Positions 50,501 to 64,000 of a DNA stretch of 64,000 bases are shown in pieces. This DNA is from Nageia nagi (Eukaryota; Plantae; Pinophyta): NCBI GenBank assembly GCA_050084985.1, contig JBITNC010000001.1, positions 17,174,001 to 17,238,000 of the forward strand, read 5' to 3'. Positions within the stretch are counted from its first letter, which is position 1. Every line of letters starts with the position of its first letter. Below the pieces are notes generated by a model, which worked only from the letters and a program-made list of their open reading frames with translations, was not told where the DNA came from and made no database searches. Made by a program: the position numbers and the translations under genes.

Positions 50501-51126
50501 ATGGCCAATGAAACCCGTCAATCATGGTAAGAAATTACATTATTAATAAGGTAATAAAGGTTTCATTCTAATTTTAGACAATGTCTAAGGTTGATCTAGC
50601 ACATTCACACTTAAAGAATTTTGTTCGAATAGTGGTCACTCTTATCTTTTATTGATGAGTGAAAGTTATTCAACCATCCTATTATTCATCTAGCCTTTGA
50701 TAATCTAGAAGCTTAAAATTTTTGAAGCTTAAAACTCATCTATTAAATGGCAAGGCTAGGGGTAATCCTCACTAGGGCTATATATGCTTGTTGACAATGA
50801 GGTATCCTTAGCGATTGGTGATATGTTTCCCATGGTAATCCTCAATAAGGTTATAAATACTTGTTAGTAGTGAGGCATCTTGAGAGACCTTTGCACACTT
50901 ATGGTTGAAATAGCTTGAAAATATCAAGTCTTTAATAAGAGTGGATTTTAGGAAAGAGTAGAATGGTTAATAAACTTCATTACACACACAATGATTAGCC
51001 TAAAGCAAGTTTGAGAATTGGTATGGTCATGAATACCTTTATTAATATTGATTGATTATTTATGAAATGATTTCCTAAAGTAATTTAAATGTATGATTAT
51101 TTAAAACCAAATTTTGATCTAAATAT
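44544..51126 (+). mobile_element. Ogre/Tat-like Gypsy element: long 5' LTR (~44544-47229), tRNA-Arg PBS, degenerate gag, no pol
   Basis: Starts TGTTAC exactly where the Copia C RT breaks; TATA at ~45916; PBS tggcaaatttgctgggga at 47234-47251; gag-like VEHEDVAICLFF..IQSWNTL..MDRFNKLYKRIP at ~47600-48200. Confidence 0.72.
45440..46530. repeat. Degenerate short tandem repeats (ttt(c/t)agttggtYgg.tcaagtt / gat-rich) in the LTR
   Basis: Many copies of tttyarttggtYggRt motifs interspersed with (gat)n on both sides of the TATA box. Confidence 0.75.
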
Positions 51127-54100
51127 TGAAGAAACTAAGCCTAAGTGACTAAATTCCTATTCTACCAAGATCACTTGAAAGCTATCTAATTCGTTAAGCA
51201 CTAAGAACACACACTCAAAGTAGCATTTGCACAAGATGAAATCAATATAAAGTGATTTCTCCAACCATGGGAGTACATCCACTAATTTCAAATCTTATTT
51301 TTAAAGACACTCTCTTATAACAACTCTTTCTCACTTCTCCTACAACCTAAACTAGAGCATAACTTTGCTACAAACTTGAGTGAGTAATCTCAAGGAGAGG
51401 ACCCTATATTTATAGGCCAAAACCCTCCCTTGGATCACCTTTTTATTCATTGTACAATGTAATGATATGCATCACCCTTTTACCCAAGGAGCATGATCAT
51501 GAGATGGAGTGTAGGACAAGTTACATTATTTTATTCATAAATACTTAAAATGTATCTAGGGATACTTTTAAGTATTAGTGAATTTACATTATCATATTTA
51601 CTAAATACTTAGGTATATAGGGATACCTTTAAGTATTAAGTGAATTACATAAATATAACTTACAATAATGAATTATATATTCCAACATTCCCCCTTAATG
51701 CAATATTGGGGTAGATCAAAAAGGAGAGAAGAAAGAGAGAGTTCTCCTCCATAGAGATATAATCGAAGATGAGAACATTTACATCTTTGAGAAATAATCA
51801 ATATATTATATTGAGGCTCACTACTTTACCATTTGATAAATGGTTTACAATACAATCATTAATCGTAATAGGTTTCACTATACAAAGTAGTCATTCAACA
51901 ACAAGTTAATATGATAAGCCTCCATGAGCCTACCCACTTGAAGTAGGTAACTTGCACTCTTCAAGAAGAAACATGCAAGCTACAAGTAGATCATAAACAA
52001 GATTAGTTAGATGCATCATATAAATATTCATATCAATGTAAGATAAATGAATCCATTAATGCCATCTATAAACTAATCAATGGTGCATTATAAGTCATCA
52101 CAAAGATGCCAAGCCAATACTCATAGTCACTTGTTGTATAAAAAATATGTGTTAGTCAATATAAAAAATAGAGAATAAGAATATACAAGTTCCTCACATA
52201 TGGATAACTAAAATAGTACTAGTAGAAGTCATCATATGTTAAAAAATGTACAACTAGTTCCTCACACAGAGTGCACTAACAATGAAGGTGTACACAAAAA
52301 TATCAACACTATACAACCAAAAATCCTCCAAGTGATGAAGTTATCATCACAAATATGAATTTAATAAGAATTTAACCTTCAATACCCCTTGAGAGAAACT
52401 ACACCAACCTAATAAATTCCCTAAGCTTTTAGAATTGAGCTTCAGGAAGGGGCTTGGTGAATAAATAACTAGAGTTTAGGACCGATGAACAATATTGGAA
52501 TTGTAGAATACCATCCATAATCTTCTTCTTGATAAAATATGGTTAGGTTTCAACATTTTTGATTCTCTAATGAAAAATATGGTTCTTTACCAAAGCAATA
52601 GTTCACTAATTATATAAATAAATATGAGATGGGTAAGCTTGATTGTACCCAATTTATTTTAGAAGATGTCTCAACCAAAGAGCTTCTTGGATCATGAATA
52701 ACATGGCTCGATATTACCCCTTTATGGTGGAAAGAGTAGTAGTAGGCTAATTATTGGAAGTCCAAGAGATAGCACCTAAAATAATACTAAGCACATAAGC
52801 AAAGGTTGATTTCCTATTATCTCAATCTCCCCCATAGTTAGAATCTAAGTACCTTGAGAGAATAAATGAGAGAAACTTGAAATACTTGAGAGAAACATCA
52901 TTTGTTCCCACAATATACCTCAAAATTTGCTTAACAACACTGAGGTGCTTAACATACAATTTATACATAAACCATGCCATAAGATTAACAACAAAAGTAA
53001 TATCTAGCTTGGAGATAGTCAAATAAAGTAGATTACTAATTAATTACTTGTAATACATAGCATCTACCAATTGAGAGTTAGAGCTAAGATAAAGAGTGAT
53101 TCCAGAAGATATTGGGATTGCATTAGGTTTGCACTCTTCCATTCCAAACTTTTATAATATATCTAAGATATACTTGGATTGACTAAGGTAAGTACAATCT
53201 TTGTATTAGTACACTTGCATACCAAGGTAGTAGTGCAAGAGACCAAGATCAATTATTTCAAATATTACCTTAAGTTTGGATATGAACTCTATGATGAATT
53301 TGTCATTATTTCTTGTAATCAAAAGATCATCCATATAGAGAAGAATCAAGATCAAGTCTTGTCCCTAATTGAGCACATATAGATCTATATTTGAGAGGTA
53401 ATTAGAGAATCCAATGTTTGCAAAGTATTCTAAAATCTTTTTGTAACAAGTTCTAGGTTCTTACTTAAGTACATACAAGTACTTTAACTTGCATATAAAG
53501 GACTCTTTACATTCCATAATAAACCCTTCTGGTTGATTTATGTAGGTCACTATTGAGGAAAGCACTCTTGATGTTAAGTTGAAAAACTTTCCATCCCTAA
53601 GCTACCGAAAGAGCAAGAATTAACTGATTGTAGGCATATTTTTCATTGGAGAAAAGGTTTCCTCATAATTAACTCTATATTTTTGAGCAAAACATTTGGC
53701 TTCTAACCTTGCCTTGTATTTCTCAATTTCTCTCATTTAATTGTATTTGACCTTATAAATCCACTTATTACCAATAACATTCCATTCATTAGGATAGGGA
53801 GCCAAATCCCAAGTTTGATTTTTCATCACATCCTCATACTCCACTTTCATTACTTCCATCCAACATTCATTCTTCAAAGATTTTTAATGATGAGGGCTTA
53901 ATTTTGTTATTAATTTTGGCAAACAAGGATTTGTTTAAGGTCATACTTCTTGTTGTCCTTTATGTTGGAGAATTTTTCTCATGAGGTGACTTATTTGCAT
54001 TAATATCCATCTAGTTAGGTGCAACAAAAGAGTCATCAAGATCATCTAGGTCCTCAAAGAAGTAGATTCCTCAAGAAGTTAATTGAACTTTACATACATT

Positions 54101-57050
54101 GATATGAACACTAATTTGGAGGAAGGAAAGTAGAGTTTGTAGCCTTTATACTGATTATCATAGCCCATAAAGATGAACTTTTTCAGATCTCTTGTATAGT
54201 TTCTTTCTTTTCTCAAAAATAATAAAATAATAGGAATCACAACCAAAAATCATAAGATGAGATATTTTAGGTTTCTTTCCCATCCATGCCTCATATGGGG
54301 TTTTGAATTCAACTACTTTCCTAGGGCACTTATTTATGGTGTAGATCATATTGCTCACAACTTCATCCCATAAGAATCTAAGAAGATTTCCTAACATGCA
54401 CCTAGCCATTTCTTGAATGGTTTTATTCTTTCTTTCGATAACATCATTTTGTTTAGGGGTGTAAGGGATTGTGAACTACCTCTTGATCCCGTATTTGGCA
54501 TAATAGTCATTAAAATCATTGTTATTATATTCACCCCCATTATCAGATCTCAGCATCTTGATTTTGAAGTTAGTCTAATTTTCAACTAAGGATTTGAAAT
54601 CTTTGAACCTTTTAAAGGTTTGATCCTTGTGTTTGAGTAGATAACCAAATATCATCTTACATATGAATTTATAAATGAAGGTTAAGACATAAGATGCTCC
54701 CTAAGAGACTTATTCTGAAATGGACCCATCAAATTTGAATGCATAAGTTAAAGAGATTATGTTTCCCTTATTGCCTTAAATTTTTTTCAAATTTTTTCTT
54801 ATTCATCTTCCCTAAGATGCACTTCTCGCAAAAACCAATTATGGATGATATTGATGGCAAACCTTCTGTAAGTTCTTGATTTTTCATGACTTGAATACTT
54901 TTTTGGTTAAGGTATCCTAATCAATAATGCTAAAGATTGCCACTAGAGAAAATATTTATAGAAAGGCATATCTTTTTTGGCACTTGATCCATGGTAGATA
55001 TCATCTTTCATTGATCCTTTCACCAAAGTGGCAAGTCCATTATTAATACATCGGAAGTGTAAGTTGAACTCGAATGAATTCCCTTTCCTTGTAACTTGAA
55101 TTACAGAAAGAAGGTTCATAATAAGTTTAGGGACATAGTGCACATTTTCAAGAACCTTCTTGTGTATCAACACACTCCTAATCCTCTGGAATTCAAGGAT
55201 TGAATTATCAATCACCTAATACAACTGTATTCTTTCTATACTTATGAAAATTTTCAAACTTAGCCTTTTCAAAAACACGTATGATTCATGTACATAAAGT
55301 CAACAATCCAATCATTCGGGAAAGTGTGAGATTTAGAGTGAAGACCATAAATAAAAGTAGATTTATTCTTCTTATTTGAGCAATATGATTCCTTGTGACC
55401 ATAGTGCCATAGAAATTATAATTACCATCAAATTTGAATTTGGATTTCCATGACTTATCATGGCCATTATGTTGTTTATTTCCATAATTTGTGAAGTCCT
55501 TTTTTGAAGCATCATGGGAAGATTTCTTTTGGTTGTTGAAATTGTTTTTGAAGTGAGTCTTCATTGGTCCTAGTACCACATAATGCTCCTTAGGAGTGGT
55601 GATAAAAAACTTTTTATTGAGTGTTTCCTTGTATTTTAGGAGAAGCCTTAAAATATTTTCTAAGGAGAACACTTCTTCTTCATCATCGAGCCTCATCTCA
55701 ATGAATGTAATGAAGTGAAAAAATTTAGTAGAGAGGTTTTGAAGGATGATGAACACCATAAACCCATCATTGATCCAATTGCATCCACACCCCATAAGTT
55801 GGATCTTAAGATTATTAATCTTATTCAAGTATATTGCAACACTAGTTTCATTTTTCTCTTATTGTTATTGAAATAATATTTGGAAGATGGTGAACCTCCT
55901 AGAGAATTTACTGTTGAGGTAGATTTTCTTTAGTCTATCCTAAGATTCCTTTGTAGAGTTTGAAGAAGAGATCATGAGAAAGACTTCCTTGAAAATTCCA
56001 AAAAAAATCATATAGATATCCAACTCATTCTTTGTATTGTAAGCCTCAAGTGCCTTCTCATTTGTTGTAGCAAATTAGTTTTCATTTACTATTTGCCATA
56101 GTTTCCATTCTTGGAGCTCAACTTTCATCCTAGGTTCCCAAATATCATAGTTGGAACCATCTATGATGTTACTAGGTGAAAAAGAATCTCCCATTTGCTA
56201 CAAAAGAAGGTGAATGTATTAACCAATGTAATCCTATTAAATTTACAAACCAATAAACCATACATGTTGAGTTTGTTCAAATTAATCAATCATATATGTT
56301 AAATTTTAACCAAATATAATCAACTAGATATGCTTAAAATTGTTTAACCAATTTCATACAAGCAAAATATTATAATAAAATCAACTGATATATCCCATAC
56401 ATACAATATTTTGTGATAACCAAGTAACATTTGAAAGGGGTAGAGTTGAGGTTATTTTCTTGATTAAAATTAGGCCTTCACATGTATGCCCTAACGCAAC
56501 ACTTAGTGATTAAATACAAGCCATGATGGAGCCCAAGTACTACCAATCATCAACCAATTCACCTTGGTCAGTAATATACTTAAAAAATGAGAATTACTAG
56601 CTATTTTCCAAGGGTGTGACATATATTGGATTGAACAAATTATTATCTTGATTAGGTTTCAAGTTATCTTCTTAGGTTATCAGGATAATAATTTGACCAA
56701 TCCAACATACATTAGGTAGAGGCACTTAGGAGGGGTTGCATTAGGTTAGGAGGGGTGGTATTTAAGTAATATGATGGGATGCATGTAGTACTAGAGAATA
56801 GGTGGCATAGTGACAAGTGGCCACTAGGTGGCACGCTACCTATGCAAAGAGGCTTGGTGGGGCGGTGTCAGGCTACCCCCTATTTTGTTTTATTTTTAAG
56901 TTATATTATTAAAAAAATTAAAATATTTTCAACTACTATTTGAGGATATCTATACTATATTTTATTCAAAAAAATATTTGAACTATTTTTTGAAGGATGT
57001 ATACCTTTTTTTGTTAAAAAATATATAATAAAAAGGCATTGTAAACACCC
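51127..57050 (-). mobile_element. Copia element B (sister family of A), 5' LTR not seen
   Basis: 3' LTR 51127-51687; PPT aaggggga; decayed gag-pol ~56194-52380 collinear with A (QLMGCGCNWINDGF, LRSDNGGEY, TISKLDITFVVNLMA); leader homology up to ~56690. Confidence 0.92.
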
Positions 57051-58337
57051 TAAAATCATATTTTTTACCTAATGATGATGTTTATTAGACATTTAGGATA
57101 CTTAGACTATCTTATCATATCATGCTATAGTGATGTAATATGCAACATTTATTGCAAGCTCAATGGATGCCATTTCAACACTTAAGCACCTTTTAACACT
57201 ATTTACTAATCACTAGACAATCCTGCAGGTATCTAGTCATCTGGATGATTTTGAATATTATGTTTATAAGTAAGTGAGTTGGGATCACTTTTCAAGGATT
57301 AACACTTCATTTTTCATATGACTCAGCATTTTGAACTTTTTGAACATGAATCTAAGTGTTGTGACATCATTTGTGAAGGGTGACAACATCAATAATTGTG
57401 CTTACAACTTGAAGCCTTGGAATTTCATCTTCCTACTTGGTGGATTGTGGTATTCCTTATGGTTTCTTATTTATTTATTATTGATGATTGTGTTTCATGA
57501 GTTTTGTAAATTATAGATCATCTCTTTGATCCATTGACAAAGCTTGTATCCTTTAAGCTTGTTATTTACTTACATTGAATTGGTATTTAAGCATATTTAG
57601 GATAAATCAAACACCCATGGTTTCAACCTAGGGTTTCACCTTTAATGTCTAAACCTTAGAGTTTGAAATTTAAGGTCTAAACCTTACGGTTTGATCTCTA
57701 TTTATGGCTTATTAGTCTTATTTATCCTATATCTATCATTTTTAAGTTCTTGTTCATTATTATTTGCATTGTTTATCCATCTTAGTAAAGGATTTCCATT
57801 TCTTTAAATATTTATCACATCTTATCATACCTAGCATAAATCTTTATCAAATTATCCATTTAGGCTTATTATTAATCTATGCCTTATTACAAAACTTGCA
57901 TCATAGGCATATCCTTATTTTTTATCATCTTGTTGATTGAGAATTATGTAGCTTACAATCTTGTAAAGTTGGGCTTTCACCCTAATTGAGTGATCACAAA
58001 GTCTTAAGGACTTGTGATTTGAATCTCCCATTAATATTTGTCTATAATCTCAGGTTTAGATATAATCTTGGACACATTGGAAAAAAGGATATTATCTCAT
58101 CCTTACCTTGTTATATTGGCTTAACACAACATAGAAATTATTGTGTGAATGAATGTTTATCCTTGGATTGCTTACAAGGTGTGTTGAGTGGTTTAGATGC
58201 AAGAATAATATGCATTTACAAATGGTGATCATAGTGGGATCCTATTGGTACTAAAATTAAAAAGACAAGAGGAGTTTTAAAGCTTCTTGATATTGTTTTT
58301 GTAAATCATGAATTTGGATATTTCCCATATTTTGGAA

Positions 58338-60055
58338 TGTTGCTATGTGATAAATTCAAGAGAATTTACATAACAAAAAATGGAGTTATACTGCAATAAC
58401 CATAGAGGAATTGAATAGGAACAATGATGTATTAATTTTTAAACAAAATTACAACATGAAGTTCAAGAATGAAGCTTCATACACTCTTCAATAATGAGAT
58501 TTTCAGAACTAAAAGAGTATAATACAATTTGATTATATAAATAAAACTAGCAAGACTAATAACAACTCCTAATCACTAGTAACTGAAGTTAACTACATTC
58601 TACACTTGTCAATTAGGCTAGGTGGAGCTAAAAAATCAAGGAAAAATATATAAAATAAGTAAAAAATGCCTCAACAATTTTGAGTTGCAAGGCACATTTT
58701 GTCTAAGCCTAACTAATGGATTGGTAGATTTGGGGTCAATTGGATGAACACCGATTGGAACTAGTTGGTTTGCAAGCCATTGGTTGAGCATTGAAATGAG
58801 AAAACTTGAATTTTGCACTTAGAACAAGTGCTAATTATCTAACATTGTCCCCCTTGATGCGAAGATTACTCACCATGGATTCTATGAGCATCATATATTG
58901 ATCCTTGAAAATACTTTTCATAAAGATATCGACCAAATTGATCTTGGTATTGTAATATTGAATTTCAATTTGTCTCTTCTACACCATATCATAGATGGAA
59001 TGGTACTTCAATTGGAAGTTCTTTGACCTATTGTGGTGGATGGGATTATGTGCTAATTGAATGACACTTTGATTTTCATAGTAAATAATGGTTGGTCCAT
59101 GTGGTTTCTCACCAATGTGTTCAAGCAACTTTCTCAACCACAATGATTGAACATTGGCTATTGTAAGAGCAATATACTCCACTTCATAAGAGGAAAGTGC
59201 TATTACAAATTGCTTTTTGGAGCTCCATTTAATCAATCTTGAACCAAGTGAGAAACACTATTTGGAAGTAGACTTTTTATCATCAAAATTGCTGCCCCAA
59301 TCACTATCACTATAGCCTACAAGTTCCATCTTCTCCACATGAGAGTAATGGAGACCAAAATTGATGGCATGTTGTACATATCTTAGAATTTTCTTGGAAA
59401 TATTCATATGCAAAATGGAAGGATCATTCATATATCTAGATACCATTGAGACAACAAATTGGATATTAGGCCTAGTATTGCAAAGAAATATGAGACTACC
59501 TACAATGCTCCTAAATTCTATTATGTTGGATTTTGGAGTACCATATTCTTTACAAAGTAACTCTCCATGAGCTATAGGATTCAAAATAAAGGTACAATTA
59601 TCCATGCCATATTTTGTGAGCATGTATTCTGCATATTTGCATTAAAAAATAAAAATATGATCTTGACATAGGTGGATCTCCATCCCAAAAAGTACCTCAT
59701 AAGTCTTAGATCCTTCATATTAAACTCATGCATCAAATGAATCTTGAACTTTTTATTCATGATGAAATCACTTCCCATATAAATGAAATCATCAACATAA
59801 AGAGAAATAATTAAAATGTGATTACCTTCTCTCTTTATGTAGAGTGTTGGCTCATTTTTACTCCTAATGAGTCCAAACCTTTGGAAGTATCCATCAATCT
59901 GTGTGTACCAAGCTCTTGTAGCTTACTTGAGTTCATATGAGGCCTTCTTGAGCTTTTACAAATGCTTCTCTTTACATTGCACTTGAAATCCTTAAAGTTG
60001 TTGCACATAAACCTCCTCATCCATGTAACCATTCAAGAATGCACTCTTTATATCT
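58338..60055 (-). mobile_element. Copia RT-RNaseH remnant with PPT and 3' LTR (element D)
   Basis: IKSAFLNG, SLYVDDF, TRPNIQF, GYSDSDWG, WSSKKQFVIALSSYEVEY; PPT aaggggga at ~58848-58856; LTR starts at 58844 (left end uncertain). Confidence 0.85.
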
Positions 60056-63000
60056 TGTTATAACCAAAATAATAATTTATTAGGGTTATTTAATATATTG
60101 AATTTAATCACATAATAACAAAATAATAGTAAATAAAATATGACAATGTTCAAATATGCTTAATTGATCTTAACCCATCAAATATGAATTTTAAATGACT
60201 TACATACCTACGTTCTTACCTGTAATCATAAATCAGATGTTGGATTTGCCCAAGATAGGATAAAAATGAATTATTACTAAAAGCAAGTTTGCTTACATAA
60301 AAGTACCCTTGATCATTTGTGATAATTGAGATTCCTGCTCAAGGATTAGGTTTCAAATATTGATATAGTGAAATAGTGGCTCAAGATTGCAAGTAAGCTT
60401 TGAATATAACAAAATCCAAATATGATAGATGGTGTTAAGAAACACCAATCAATAATGACACAAGTATATTACCACCTATCAAGGATTCTAGATCATGTCA
60501 TGATTTATCATGCATAACCTTTCCACCTTTATAGAAGCAGGTCTAGTGCCAAGGCTTCTCCTTGGACTTATGATGATGCAGGTCAATCTATTATCATAAA
60601 ACATAAAGGTAGATAAGTGTGCATAATGATGAGAGTAATAAAATACTTAATCAAATAAATTATTAAAAATACCTAAAAGGGTATTTTAATTAAATTAAAA
60701 TTCTTTTTTAAGTGTTAATAGATGCCCCACTTTGAATATGATTTGATGCTTTTGGGATACAATAAAATCAAAGCATAAATTTAAAGTATAATAAGATAAG
60801 TAAAAAAATACTCCATGAAAATGTTTTTCATGGTGATAGCTTTGGATGCCTTGATTTTCACCAATGTTATACGCCCTCTTTGGCTTCATTGCAATATGAT
60901 GGACCTCTCATCATAGGAGTAACCCAAGGTAAAGATAAAGTAACTTGTAATCCATTTATATAAGAAATATTTTCCATAATATATGTCAAATATTTAACCA
61001 TCATATTATATGAATATCACAAGAGAAGAAGATAAAAAACTTGCCTTTGGTGGCTTACACACCAAGATGATGTGAAGAGAGTGCCTCACCATAAGGGATG
61101 AGGGATTTGTGCCTCACCATAAGGGATGAATGATTTTACCTCATATAAGACTTATTAGCTCATAAAACATCTTGGCATATCTCTACAAAGATATCCTAAA
61201 ACATAACACTTCACAAATCTTATTTTCTTTTAGAAGATTTTGACATACCTTTATAACAAAGATATCCTAAAGAATAACATTATACAAATCTTATTGGATT
61301 TTTAAATATTTTGGCATATCTTCATAACAAATATATCCTAAAGCATAACATTATACAAATATTATTAGCTTTTAAAATATTTTGGCATACCTTTATAAAA
61401 AATATATCCTGAAGCATAGCAAATAAGAAATCAAACCTATCCTTGGTGGCTTATCCACTAAGAGTATGAGAATAGATAACAAAGATATCCTAAAGCATAG
61501 AATTATACAAATCTTATTAGATTTTTAAATATTTTGGCATACCTTAATAACAAATATATCCTACACCATAGAAAATAAGAAATCAAACCTATCCTTGGTG
61601 GCTTACGCACTAAGAGTATGAGAATAGATAATCAATTTATTGACCAACATGGTTTCCCAAGCCAACATGCTTTCATGGATTTTGATAATAATGGCCCTTC
61701 CTTACAAAGCACCAAATGATAAGAGTGATCGACTTAGTTTCTCTAGCCACCATGTTTCCATGGATTTTGATAAGAATGGCCCTTCCTTACAAAAGTGCCA
61801 AATGATAAGAGTGATCGACTTGATTTTCCAAGCCACCATGTTTCCATAGATTTTGATAAGAATGATACTTCCTTATAAAGGCACCAAGTGATAAGAATGC
61901 CCCTATCTCAAAAAGGAACACATGATGAAAATATCACCAGCTTGGACCTCTAAGTCACCATGTTTCCATGGATTTTTGATAAGGTTGTCCCTCCCTTAAA
62001 GAGAGACCAATGATAAGAGCTATAATAACATGATATGATAAGCATAATGTGTAAAGCATTCAATGATAATGTTGATAAGATATAGAAACTAGATATGTGA
62101 TAAGCATTATTTAATAGACATGATAAGAATTTTCATCATACTTAAGAAAATATAAGTTTGATATGACAATCATGTTAAAAAACTTTTATGATAATAAAAT
62201 CCAAGTAAATGAATCACCTTTTTCACATACTTACTATTACGAAAAAACATATTTTATAAAAATGACCAATTTTTATCCTTGTAATGTAGTGATGTCACTT
62301 GGAACATAGCAACGTTGTTGAGATCCTTTGTAATTTTCCTAAAAGGTTAGTTACAATAAATGAAACATGCATGTATAACACAAAAAAGGATCAAACATAG
62401 AATCATTTTAAATATATCAATTATCACAATAAAAGCTAGACATATCATATATTAGGAAAATCAAGTTGTCTAGAAGTTGCTAAAAGGTATAAAAGTTAAA
62501 ATTTTGGGGTAAAACCTTCAAGTAAGTTAATATTAAGGTATGAACACATGTTTGAAACATGTTTATCAAATTCTTAAAATAACTAAAGTTATTTTAAATA
62601 AATAATAAAATTGGCCAAAATTACAATTTTTTTGCTCAAATTATCAATGAATAAAATTATCAATTTGCAAATATTTTTGAACGAAGAATGTTATAATTTT
62701 ATAGATAATATTATTGTTGAGATACATAAGTATTGATGATTCTTCTTGATTAAGTTTTTTATTTATAATGAAAGAAAGATTTGTTATTTTAATATGAATG
62801 ATGCTTTTTTATACATGAAATATTATTTTAGAATAGAGCTAAGGTTTATTTTTATTTTTTTGTTTATATTAGAGGTGGTTTTTTATGGTACCCAATAACC
62901 CAAATTACATATGCCTTGTGATTTTTAACATTGATCTAAAGACCATACAAAAACCCACTTGTTCAACAAAACCATAATGTTTATTTTCATTGCTAGGTTA

Positions 63001-64000
63001 TAATTGTCATATTTTTTCATAATTTATATGCCTAACCTTGAAAATGAGATTGTTATGTGGTTCCAATAAATAAATTAGGAATACATAGTGATACCCCTTT
63101 AGCAATCTAAAAGAAATCATACCGGGGGAAAGTTTTTTGGTATTGGATCAATATGAGCAATAATTTGAGTTGGTTTAGATTCAATCTTATATGATTCAAT
63201 TTACCAATTTAGTGGATTGTAGTATGATTTAAGTTCATCTTAGAAATCAAAATTACCTAAGGTAAGGGGTAGAGTTTCAAGTAGCCCTTTGTGGAAAACT
63301 ATGTACACCAATGTACAAAGTTAGATAGTAATTTGAGGTATCAAGTTTAGATTTGAGATATTTAAATTTTAATTTGGTTAGTTTGACAATTTTGAGAACT
63401 ACGTTGATGAGAATATTGTACACCATCATACTATACATAGTAGAATTTTGCAATTAAAAAAGTCAAAAATGGATAGCCAAAGGCTTGGGATTTCATAATG
63501 TTAAGCAAATATAAAAAAAAAAATTCAAATTGTATTTTTAGATAAATCATATTGAATAGAGGTAAGATTTAGAATGTCCTTTGTTCATGGGGAGTTAAAA
63601 GAATTCAAGGTAATTTTCAATGAAAAATCACTCTGATTCAGTAAGCATAATAACGAGATTAAGAGAATTCAATATTAATATTCAAAGTTTCAAATTAAAG
63701 TCATTATGAAATAGATGGAAGGATTCTTTTGAGAAAATTGATGAAATATTCAATATTTGATAATTTCTCAAAAACTAGTTGATGAAAGTAATATAAAATA
63801 AAAAGATGGAAGTGAAAATTAGTAAAATATTGTATATTGACATATATGTCATGGAAGAATCTTAAGTACATTAAAGATAAAATTTTATTATTTTAAAGTT
63901 GCTATCTTATAAACATTCTCAAAATTTGAAATTTTGTGAAAGTCCTTTATTCTTGTGGACTTAAAAGATTTCAAGATAGGATATAAGTTCTCTTAATTGT
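60056..64000. mobile_element. Long LTR-like sequence interrupting element D and running off the window
   Basis: Begins TGTTAT exactly where the RT motif D(I)KSAFLNG breaks; non-coding, with internal tandem repeats. Confidence 0.5.
61081..62020. repeat. Compound tandem repeats (~70-bp and ~85-bp units, plus a duplicated 21-mer)
   Basis: ttggcatacct..acaaagatatcctaaagcataacattatacaaatc about 5-6 times (61170-61570); gccaccatgtttccatggattttgataagaat about 4 times (61660-62010); gtgcctcaccataagggatga twice. Confidence 0.85.

Noticed and set aside
57060-58330. 3' LTR of the Ogre-like element or 5' LTR of Copia B
   Set aside because: No alignment by eye to 44544-47229 or 51127-51687 and no TSD found; left unassigned.

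Overview
AT-rich, CpG-depleted plant nuclear DNA, most likely from a conifer (inferred from an EN(+) Penelope-like element and a chromodomain-bearing CRM-type element). Two host genes lie on the minus strand. (1) A secreted Pollen Ole e 1-like gene whose two coding exons (13711-13546 and 1873-1591) are separated by an ~11.7 kb intron holding a nested LTR-retrotransposon stack. (2) An At5g46170/At1g30200-type F-box gene (~24439-22004) whose intron holds a 146-bp tandem array bounded by inverted repeats. As written, each gene has a single 1-nt frameshift. From ~27.8 kb to the end the window is decayed, nested retroelements: a full-length Copia with perfect TSD, a sister copy, three further Copia remnants, solo LTRs, a gag-only Ogre/Tat-like element and a Penelope-like (Dryad-type) RT+GIY-YIG element. 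The most notable observations are the Penelope-like element, a perfect 92-bp-arm fold-back at a Copia PPT/LTR junction, a conserved splice acceptor just before the Copia gag ATG, a Gypsy/Copia deletion chimera and a candidate poison exon. I cannot support a claim of a wholly new biological system. Family assignments come from remembered motifs, not database searches.
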